This document shows positions 7,022 to 14,140 of a DNA stretch of 18,113 nucleotides, in pieces (the first letter of the stretch is position 1; every line of letters starts with the position of its first letter). A model generated the notes under the pieces. That model ran no database searches and had not been told where the DNA came from. It saw only the letters and a list, made by a program, of their open reading frames with translations. A program made the translations under genes and the position numbers. Origin of the DNA: Myxococcales bacterium. GTDB taxonomy: Bacteria; Myxococcota_A; UBA9042. The stretch spans positions 1 through 18,113 of the forward strand of contig JBBISH010000122.1 in the NCBI GenBank assembly GCA_037441385.1. Reading direction: 5' to 3'.

Positions 7022-8694
7022 CGCACACACCTCAGCGACGTCGGCACGTCGGTGTACTTGGGGTCGGCGCCCAACGCAGGGTCGCCATTCTCGATCACGC
7101 CGGTGTCGAACCGCACCCGCCAAAGCTGGCCCGTTGGGTACGAGGTTGCGCTCCAGTAGGCGCTGGCGACCTCGGGGCCAAAAACGGCCATGTCGATGAG
7201 CAGTCCCGTGGCCTGCCGGTCGAGCAGACTGGCCAATTCTTGCACCGTGGGCGCCCGCCAACCGCCGCCGGCCAGCGCAAGCGACTGGCAATTGCTCAGT
7301 ACGGCGTAGGTCGACGTCACGACCGCCGTCGCCGCACGCTGCCAAGTCAGGCCCAGGACCTTGTCTTGCACCGTGCCGTCGCCCGCAATGGCAAAGCGGC
7401 CGGTATCGCCCAGTGGATTTGGCGAGTTCAGCTGGCGCACGCAGGCCGCGGCAAACGCCAGCGGGGCCGGCCCAGGCGACGATCTACCCTGGAAGTCAAC
7501 GAACCAAGGGGTCGCCGTACCCTTGACCAACTGCCCCGCGACCAGTTGGCCCACCGCCTTGCTCGGCCAGACGAACACAGTGGACAGCCCGGTCGCTTGG
7601 GCGTTGGCCAGCGAATAGCCGTAGAGCGTGCCCAGCTCGGCCAGCGTGGGCAGGCGCCAGTCGCCATAGCCGGCCAGCTTGAGCTGGGTGCACAGCGCGT
7701 GCGGCGGCGCGCCATAGGTCATGTCGCCAAGCAGCAGGCTTTGGGTCCACATCCGCTTGCTCTGGGTGTCGGTTACCGTCCCGTCGCCGTTGTCGACCAG
7801 CAAGGTCGCCGGGTCGGCTGGCCGTACGCCCCACTCGGGGTAGTCGGGGGCGCAAACTGTCAGGGTCGCCGTGGGAATCGCCACGGCCCCGTGCGAGGAG
7901 CACGCGCAACCGCCCGGCTCGCTGCACACGGCGCCAGCGAAACTGCTGCAGGTCTCTGGAACATACGAGCACGTTTGATCTTTGCAGGCGTCGATCGTGC
8001 AGACTTTGCCATCGCTACAGCCAGCCAGGCTGGCGGTGTGGATGCAGCCGCCCGTCGAGTTGTCGCAGACATCGGCCGTGCACACGTTGCCGTCGTCGCA
8101 CGCGACCGGCGTGCCGGTGCAGCTCCCGGCATGGCAGTGGGCGACGGCGATGCAGGGGTCGCCCGGTGTGCACGCGCTCCCCTCGGCCAGGCTTGCGTGG
8201 CTGCAGCCGCTAGTGGGCTGGCAAGTGTCGGTGGTGCAGGCGTCGCCGTCGTTGCAGGCGGTGGGGGCCACTTTGCACGCGCTGGCGGCGCAAATCCCTG
8301 CGCACAGGCCGGCTTGGCACGTCTGGCCCGGCAGGTCTTGCCAGGCGCAGTGATTGCCGGCGCAGATCGGCGCTTGGCATGGGCGCGGGTTGGCCAGGGC
8401 CGCGCAGTCAGCCTGGGCAGCGCAGCCCACCTTCTCCAGCGGCGTGCATTTGTGTTCGACGCACACCTCCGTTCCGCAGGTGGCGCTGGTGGTGCACGAC
8501 ACGGTGCAGTGCTGGTTCCAGCACAGGCCCGATTCGCAGTCGTCGTGGTTGCCGCAGCTGGCCATGTAGCGGCGCTCGCCCTTTTGGCAGCCGGCGGCCA
8601 CGGCACAGGCAAGGACGAGGAGCCCTATCCAAAGGAACCGACCAATGGTCGCACAGTTGCTCCTATCTGGTCGTGTTCGCCTTGCCCCCCGCAT
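7018..8694 (-). CDS. DUF1566 (Lcl) two-domain lipoprotein with Cys-rich CxDGxxCTxDxC repeats
   Basis: Hydrophobic signal ending AAGC; repeats CNDGDACTTDTC, CDDGNVCTADVC and CSDGKVCTIDAC; two DUF1566 units (DNGDGTVTD..WRLPTLAEL and GDGTVQD..WRAPTVQEL..YWSAT..LRCVR). Confidence 0.85.
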   Translation of the reverse strand: MRGARRTRPDRSNCATIGRFLWIGLLVLACAVAAGCQKGERRYMASCGNHDDCESGLCWNQHCTVSCTTSATCGTEVCVEHKCTPLEKVGCAAQADCAALANPRPCQAPICAGNHCAWQDLPGQTCQAGLCAGICAASACKVAPTACNDGDACTTDTCQPTSGCSHASLAEGSACTPGDPCIAVAHCHAGSCTGTPVACDDGNVCTADVCDNSTGGCIHTASLAGCSDGKVCTIDACKDQTCSYVPETCSSFAGAVCSEPGGCACSSHGAVAIPTATLTVCAPDYPEWGVRPADPATLLVDNGDGTVTDTQSKRMWTQSLLLGDMTYGAPPHALCTQLKLAGYGDWRLPTLAELGTLYGYSLANAQATGLSTVFVWPSKAVGQLVAGQLVKGTATPWFVDFQGRSSPGPAPLAFAAACVRQLNSPNPLGDTGRFAIAGDGTVQDKVLGLTWQRAATAVVTSTYAVLSNCQSLALAGGGWRAPTVQELASLLDRQATGLLIDMAVFGPEVASAYWSATSYPTGQLWRVRFDTGVIENGDPALGADPKYTDVPTSLRCVR

Positions 8695-8931
8695 TCCCCA
8701 CGCTCAGTTGGACCATCGCGGTCGTGCGTGGCAGCCTACGACGCGGGCGAGTTGGCGTCAATGCGGTCTGTCCGTTGAAATTACGGCAGGAACGTGCACC
8801 CACGTGTCCGACAATCCGGCCCTGCAACGAATGTACAGGCCAAAGCCTGCCTGGCGCAGACACGACCCGACTCGCCGCCACCGTGGTTCGCTGACCTGAG
8901 CTCTTGACCGGCCTTGGGCGGGGACGCGCTC

Positions 8932-9417
8932 TCAACCACCAGGAATTTCCAAGGGATACTCGCCCTTGACGACAAAGAACGAGCCGCGGATCGTCCCCGC
9001 CAGCTTGGACTTCTGGGTGGCGAACTTGAAGCGCGCGGCCAGCTCGGCAGGGACTTCCATCCCGTCAGACAGCTTGAAGCCCACGGCCCGTTTCTTGGGG
9101 TCTTCCAGGTGGTACATCACGTTGATCGCCAAGCCGCTTTGGTAGAACACGTAGGTGAACACCAGCGAGTCGGCCTGGACCCGGGCCACCTGCAGCGGCG
9201 CCGACTCGATGGAAAGACCGCGCTCTTTGGTCAAGATGTGGTGCACGTAGGCCAGCAGCCCTGGGTTGGCCGCGGCCGAGTCGACGGCAAAATCCACGTT
9301 GTATTTGTTGGCAAAGTACCGGGCTTCGTTGGCGCGCAAGCCGGCCAAGGCCGCAGCGACCGGCGAGCTGTCGACACCGTCTGTAGAAACCTTTGCAAAG
9401 TCGACAATTTGAGCCAT
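8932..9417 (-). CDS. Conserved hypothetical protein (161 aa)
   Basis: GGAGG RBS 5 nt before the ATG at 9417. Protein-like composition with motifs LAGLRANEARYF and KRAVGFKLSDGM...KSKLAGTIRGSFFV. Confidence 0.8.
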   Translation of the reverse strand: MAQIVDFAKVSTDGVDSSPVAAALAGLRANEARYFANKYNVDFAVDSAAANPGLLAYVHHILTKERGLSIESAPLQVARVQADSLVFTYVFYQSGLAINVMYHLEDPKKRAVGFKLSDGMEVPAELAARFKFATQKSKLAGTIRGSFFVVKGEYPLEIPGG

Positions 9418-9585
9418 CTTGGCCTCCAGATTGCCCCCCAGAGTTTCGGGTTGGGGGCTCGCCACTGTGCAGCCCTGACCATCCACTTGCCAGCCGAATA
9501 CCCCAACCGGCTGCGCACCCACACGAATTGGCCCGCGGTGGGCGCGTCCTGGCCGGTGCAGGCGTCGCCGCGGGGGCGGCAGCCT

Positions 9586-9646
9586 AATCCGTTTGGAGCG
9601 GATCGAAAAACGCGGCTAGTTCCGCCGGCCGGACCCGTTGGGTTCG
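9586..9646 (-). repeat. 132-bp repeat family, degenerate short-form copy
   Basis: Plus-strand TCCGTTTGGAGCGGATCGAAAA matches the reverse complement of copy A (TCCGTCTGAATCGGATCGAAAA) at 19/22. The minus strand begins CGAACCC, like copy D. Confidence 0.65.
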
Positions 9647-9658
9647 CCGTGGCGTCGG

Positions 9659-10582
9659 TCAGGCTCGATCGTCCTGCCGCGGCCGCTCGCCCAGCAGCTC
9701 GGCCAGGCGGGGTGCGGCAAAGTCCACGAAGCGCCGCGTCAGCGCCACCGCATGGCTGGTGGGCGGCCAGACCGCGTGGACGGGCACGCTCGGCACCGTC
9801 CAACCATCCAACAGTACACGCAATTCTCCGCGTTGCACCGCGCCGCGAACCAGGACCTCGGGCAGCACCGCCGCCCCAGCCCCGGCCAGCGCCAGGGCGC
9901 GCATGGCCGCCGCGTTGTCGACTTGGACCCGCGCCGCCACGGCCACCTGGGTGTGCAGGCCCGTGCGAGCGTCTTCCAGCTCGACCTCGACCGCCAGCAT
10001 CGACAGCTGCACGAAAGGCCAACTTTGCAGATCAAAAGGGTTTTGCGGCGCGCGCTGCCGGTGCAGCAAGTGCGGCGACGCCACCAGCACGCGCCGCAGC
10101 TCGCCCACCCGCTTGGCGATCAGACTGCTGTCGCGCAAGTGCCCAGCGCGAATCGCCAAGTCCAGGCCACTGGCCAGCAGGTCGCGCGGCTGCTCGGAAA
10201 AGGTCACCGCCAGCTCGACTTTGGGGTGCACGCGGCTGAACTCAGCCAAGTGCTCGGGCCAGGGCGTATCGGCCAAGAAGGCCGGCGCTGTGACGCGCAG
10301 CGGACCTTGCAGCCCCTCGCCCGCGGCGTTGACGGCGTCCAAGCCCTGCTGCGCCGCGGTCGCCATCGCCGTTGCACCGGCCAGCAGCCGATCGCCCGCC
10401 GGGGTCAGCGCCAGGCGGCGCGTCGACCGATAGAGCAAGGCCACGCCCAGCCGCGCCTCCAACTCCGCGATATGATGACTCACCACCGAAGGCGACAGCC
10501 CCAGCTGCCGGGCGGCGGCGCGAAACGAACCGAGCTCGGCCACGCGCGCAAACACGGCCAGGGGGCGCAACAGGTCGAGCAT
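9659..10582 (-). CDS. LysR-family transcriptional regulator (CrgA/DmlR-like)
   Basis: HTH motif FARVAELGSFRAAARQLGLSPSVVSHHIAELEARLGVALLYRSTR; DLAIRAG; 307 aa. Confidence 0.95.
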   Translation of the reverse strand: MLDLLRPLAVFARVAELGSFRAAARQLGLSPSVVSHHIAELEARLGVALLYRSTRRLALTPAGDRLLAGATAMATAAQQGLDAVNAAGEGLQGPLRVTAPAFLADTPWPEHLAEFSRVHPKVELAVTFSEQPRDLLASGLDLAIRAGHLRDSSLIAKRVGELRRVLVASPHLLHRQRAPQNPFDLQSWPFVQLSMLAVEVELEDARTGLHTQVAVAARVQVDNAAAMRALALAGAGAAVLPEVLVRGAVQRGELRVLLDGWTVPSVPVHAVWPPTSHAVALTRRFVDFAAPRLAELLGERPRQDDRA

Positions 10583-10594
10583 GACGACACCCTT

Positions 10595-10613
10595 TGTTCG
10601 ATGAAGTCGAACA
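10595..10613. promoter_or_regulatory. LysR recognition box (T-N11-A palindrome)
   Basis: Perfect inverted repeat TGTTCGA-TGAAG-TCGAACA, with T10598-N11-A10610, in the divergent LysR/macrodomain intergenic region. Confidence 0.75.
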
Positions 10614-10696
10614 GTCTATCGCCGGCATCTTATCTTGTGCAACAACGCACCTCGCCTAGCTTGAGTGCAGGCCGGGGTGGCCCACCGGATGCGCCG

Positions 10697-11548
10697 ATGA
10701 ACACGGAGCCCATCGTCCACGAACTGATGGATAGGCTTGGCCTGGCCAGGTGCGAATCGGCAACGGCGGCCCGCCAGCGCCTGCAGCATCGGCTGACCCA
10801 GGCGCCCGCGGGGACGCTGCCGGCGGCGGTGTGGCCTGGGCTAGCGGCGTTGTGGCGCGCCGAGGCCGAACAGCGACCGCGCGTGGTGGCGGCCGACCTG
10901 CCCCGGCTCGCGGCCCACGGCTTGGGGGCCCGCGTCGCGCTTTGGCACGGCGACATCACTCACCTAGAGGTCCAAGCCATCGTCAACGCAGCGAATTCGG
11001 GACTGACGGGCTGCTACGTGCCCGGCCACGCCTGCGTGGACAACGCCATCCACCGCGCTGCGGGTCCTTGGCTGCGGCAGGCGTGCGCGGCGGTGATGGC
11101 CGACCGCGGCCGCCCCGAGCCGACAGGAACGGCGACCCGAACGCCGGGCTTCTTCTTGCCCGCCGCGCAAGTAGTGCACACGGTGGGGCCCATCGTGGCG
11201 GGCCGCCGGCCGACCGAGACCGATCGCTCCCAACTGGCGGCGTGCTACCGCAGCAGCTGCGAGGCGGCGGTCCAGGGCACGCAAGGTCTAGCCAGCATTG
11301 CGTTTTGCAGCATCTCGACCGGCCTGTTCGGCTACCCGATCGAGCAGGCAGCCCCAGTGGCGCTGCAGGCCGTGCGGGCGGCACTGCTGGAATTTCCGCA
11401 GCTGGCCCAGGTGGTCTTGGTCAGTTTTTCGGCCCACGACGCCGCGGTCATGGCCGCGGCAGCCAGGGAGGTCCAGGATCTACCACCGAAATTCGCCCCG
11501 GCCGCCGATTTGGGATGCAAATCAAGGCCCAAGGGGCGGAGCGACTGA
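10697..11548 (+). CDS. Zinc-dependent macrodomain protein (protein-ADP-ribose hydrolase, SirTM-linked)
   Basis: LWHGDIT, AIVNAANS, Zn-loop GCYVPGHACVDNAIH, VHTVGP and FCSISTGLFGYP. The start at ATG 10697 is inferred. Confidence 0.92.
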   Translation: MNTEPIVHELMDRLGLARCESATAARQRLQHRLTQAPAGTLPAAVWPGLAALWRAEAEQRPRVVAADLPRLAAHGLGARVALWHGDITHLEVQAIVNAANSGLTGCYVPGHACVDNAIHRAAGPWLRQACAAVMADRGRPEPTGTATRTPGFFLPAAQVVHTVGPIVAGRRPTETDRSQLAACYRSSCEAAVQGTQGLASIAFCSISTGLFGYPIEQAAPVALQAVRAALLEFPQLAQVVLVSFSAHDAAVMAAAAREVQDLPPKFAPAADLGCKSRPKGRSD

Positions 11549-11660
11549 GGCGACCTAGCGGTCGCCGCAGGGAGAAGGGCCCCAGCGGTCGCCCGCAGGG
11601 TGAACGGGTCGCCCCAGTGGGGCAACCCGTAGCTGGGACGACGTAGCAACGCCGAGTTGC
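11549..11660. repeat. Cluster of REP-like hairpins and direct repeats
   Basis: GGCGACC-tagc-GGTCGCC (11549-66); ACGGGTCGCCCC-agt-GGGGCAACCCGT (11604-30); GCAAC-gccga-GTTGC (11646-60). AGCGGTCGCC(C)GCAGGG occurs twice. Confidence 0.6.
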
Positions 11661-11690
11661 GCCCAAGGCGGCGGATCGGGGAGGTGTTGG

Positions 11691-12575
11691 ATGCTTGAAA
11701 ACCCACAGTATTTGGACGCGGTCGCGGATCCGATCACCAAGGCCGCCGAGTGGCTGCAGACCGCCGACCACGTGCTGATCACGGCGGGCGCGGGCATGAG
11801 CGTCGACGCCGGCTTTGACTACACCAGCCGCCAGCAATTCGTGGCGCGTTACCCGGTGTTGGCGGCGCAAGGGCCGCAATGTCGCTACGAGCTGTTTGGC
11901 TACCGCTGGCGCACCCCGGCGCAGCAGTGGGGGCACCTGGCGCGGCACTTAGACGAGCTGCGCTTCCAGCCGCCAACGAACCCGTTGCCATATAGACAGT
12001 TGCAGACTTTGACGGCGGGTAAGGACCGGTTCGTCCTGACCAGCAATGCCGACGACCTGTTTGCCCGCAGCGGCTTTGCCGCCGACCGCGTGTGGACCCG
12101 CCAGGGCAGCTACGCCCGCCTGCAGTGCCTGGCGCCTTGCGCGGATGACGCCACCTGGCTGTGCGAAGACTGGGTGCGCGCGGCAGTGCCCGCCGTGGAT
12201 CTGCCGACCGAGGAGCTGACCGATCCCAGCTTGATCCCCCATTGCCCGCGCTGCGGCGGCCCGGCGATGCTCAACGTGCGCGGCGGCGATTGGTTCGTCG
12301 AGAGGCCGTACCAGGCCCAAGGCCAGGCCTTTGCCGAGTGGTGGGCCCAGGCCCAAAGCGGCCGCCTGCTCGTGCTGGATGTGGGCAGCGGCTTCAACAC
12401 CCCCAGCGTGGTGCGGTGGCCGGCGGAACAGCTGGCGGCGCGTCACCCGCAGGGTCGCTTGCTGCGCGTCAACCGCCATCACCCGCAAGTGCCGGCCCAG
12501 CTGGGCGCGCGCGCCGTGGGTGTCGCCGCAAGTGGTGCCGAGTTGTGGCCGCAGCTCTTGCAGAAACTGGGCTGA
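11691..12575 (+). CDS. Class M (macrodomain-linked) sirtuin, SirTM-like mono-ADP-ribosyltransferase
   Basis: GAGMS, TSNAD, QGSY (Gln at the sirtuin catalytic His position), QCLAPC...CPRC Zn ribbon, LNVRGGDWFVE and GFNTPSVVRWP. RBS GGAGGT at 11680-85. Confidence 0.9.
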   Translation: MLENPQYLDAVADPITKAAEWLQTADHVLITAGAGMSVDAGFDYTSRQQFVARYPVLAAQGPQCRYELFGYRWRTPAQQWGHLARHLDELRFQPPTNPLPYRQLQTLTAGKDRFVLTSNADDLFARSGFAADRVWTRQGSYARLQCLAPCADDATWLCEDWVRAAVPAVDLPTEELTDPSLIPHCPRCGGPAMLNVRGGDWFVERPYQAQGQAFAEWWAQAQSGRLLVLDVGSGFNTPSVVRWPAEQLAARHPQGRLLRVNRHHPQVPAQLGARAVGVAASGAELWPQLLQKLG

Positions 12576-12640
12576 TACGAACCCCGGTTCGGGCCCGAAG
12601 AATTGCCGAAGTTTTCGAGCCGATTCGGCCGGATCCGGGC
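12576..12640 (+). repeat. 132-bp repeat family, 65-bp internally deleted copy D
   Basis: TACGAACCCCGGTTCGGGCCCGAAGAATTGCCGAAGTTTTCGAGCCGATTCGGCCGGA begins immediately after the sirtuin TGA. Confidence 0.9.
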
Positions 12641-12807
12641 TGGGCCGTGCTTTGGCAAAACCGCGGTCGACGGCAGCGACGGCGGTCCCGGAACGCTGGA
12701 CCTGTGCGACGCGGCGCCTGCGGGATGCTTCCACACCGCACGCGAGCGGCGCCTACTGCGCCAGCGGGCCCCACAGCACAGCCCAAATGCCGCCAAAGCC
12801 GACCGGT

Positions 12808-12836
12808 TTGACAGCGCCGGCTGCCTTCGCTACCCT
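12808..12836 (+). promoter_or_regulatory. sigma70-type promoter for the DUF2061 gene
   Basis: TTGACA (12808-13)-N17-TACCCT (12831-36). Confidence 0.7.
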
Positions 12837-12845
12837 TAACCAAGG

Positions 12846-12870
12846 TTCCCTATAGGCGTAGTAGGAATTA
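12846..12870. promoter_or_regulatory. Candidate repressor operator (Rrf2/CymR-like dyad)
   Basis: TTCCCTAT-AGGCGTA-GTAGGAATTA is an imperfect dyad (CCTAy-N7-rTAGG) just downstream of the -10. Confidence 0.45.
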
Positions 12871-12916
12871 TACTTGTTCCCGCCGCGACCCGCCGACCCA
12901 AGGATGCTAGCCGCCG

Positions 12917-13153
12917 ATGTCGATCCAGCTGCACGACACCCACTGGCGCACGTTCGTCAAAGCGCTGAGCTACCGGGCGGTTTCCACGGTTGTCACCGGT
13001 GCGGTTGCCTGGTTTGCCACCGGCGAGTTGCCCACGGCCTTGGCTATCGCTGCGGGCGACTCGCTGCTCAAGGTGGGGCTGTTCTATGCCCACGAGCGCG
13101 CCTGGACGCGGATTCGCTTTGGCCAGGCCAGGCCGCCCGAGTACGAGATCTAG
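12917..13153 (+). CDS. DUF2061 small membrane protein
   Basis: RTFVKALSYR...two hydrophobic helices...LFYAHERAW; 78 aa. Confidence 0.88.
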   Translation: MSIQLHDTHWRTFVKALSYRAVSTVVTGAVAWFATGELPTALAIAAGDSLLKVGLFYAHERAWTRIRFGQARPPEYEI

Positions 13154-13477
13154 TCGGCAAGCCACAAATTCGTTCGGGTTGCCGTCGTTGGCGTACCAGG
13201 CGGCGCGAGCCACACCTGGGGGTCGCAGGGGCGGCGCGGAGCGCGAAGCCACGCTGCGCTCGACGAGTCCATGGCAGTGGCCAAGGCCGAGCTGCCGAGG
13301 CCGAGGCACCGGCGGACGCCGTGCCGGCCCCTTCAAGACGGCACCGGCCGCCACCGCTCGCTTGGGCCGCCAAGCTTGACTGGCGCAGGCCGGTGGCGCA
13401 GGCTGGCACGGCACCGCTCCGCCACCGTTCGGTGGGATCTTGCCGTGGGGCGCCTTGACCGCGAATGGAGAGGCACG

Positions 13478-13954
13478 ATGGCGACCTTTGCCGCACAGCA
13501 TCAGTCCGAACACGCCCTGCCCGTCGCACCCGCCGCGGCGCTGGCCCACTGGAGCGATCCAGACGCCCAGCTGCGCGCCCGGCCCGAGGTGGTGGCCAGC
13601 GAGCGGCCCGCACCCGGACAGTTGCGGCTTCGTCTCAAAGAGATGAAGCACGGGCCCACTGCGTTCGCGGGCGACTACACGCTGCAATTTGCGACCGAGG
13701 GCACCTTGCTGCGCTGGACCACGGTGTCGAGCGGGCCGCTGCAGGTCGAAGGCGAGGCGCGTTTTGCCCAAACGGCCAGCGGTTGCTCGGTGGTGGTGCG
13801 CGAGACGGCGCGCGTGACATTGCCAGTGCCGGGATTGCTGGCCGTGGCCTTGCGCCCCCTCGTCGAGACCATGATGGCGCGCGGCAGCAAGGGGTTTGCC
13901 GAGCGCATGGCCGCCGACATCGCCGCCCGGGCCCGCCGGCCAGTGGGAACCTGA
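13478..13954 (+). CDS. SRPBCC/CoxG-like ligand-binding protein
   Basis: GGAGAGG RBS before ATG 13478; 158 aa. Helix-grip pattern of V.P...WSDP, a series of beta-strands and a long C-terminal helix. Confidence 0.65.
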   Translation: MATFAAQHQSEHALPVAPAAALAHWSDPDAQLRARPEVVASERPAPGQLRLRLKEMKHGPTAFAGDYTLQFATEGTLLRWTTVSSGPLQVEGEARFAQTASGCSVVVRETARVTLPVPGLLAVALRPLVETMMARGSKGFAERMAADIAARARRPVGT

Positions 13955-14140
13955 AACGAGGGTCGAGTCAAAAATCCCTTGCTTTCCATGCTGTAACAAC
14001 ATGCAAGCGTGACTCGGCGGCGAGTCTCGCCCACTATCGTCCAGAGCAACCCGACGCGACGGGTTCCTGCGCTCGTGCCGGTCGAAAGGTCCGTGGCGGC
14101 TGCGCTTTGCGTCTTGTATTCGCGCGCTTGCTGGTGCGAC

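Noticed and set aside
7022..7345. N-terminal extension of the Cys-rich lipoprotein in the ORF track
   Set aside because: It overlaps the DUF1566 gene; ATG 7021 gives an ATGA overlap and a proper signal peptide.
4994..8778. Long plus-strand ORFs (721 aa and 591 aa) and similar antisense ORFs elsewhere
   Set aside because: They are Arg/Gly/Ala-rich shadows opposite well-supported genes and have no recognisable motifs.
9638..10696. 636-aa ORF giving the macrodomain a long N-terminal extension
   Set aside because: The extension is the antisense shadow of LysR; macrodomain homology begins after about 10697.
13404..13420. sigma54 promoter at TGGCACGGCACCGC
   Set aside because: The GG-to-GC spacing is 9 rather than 10, and the TTGC element is missing.
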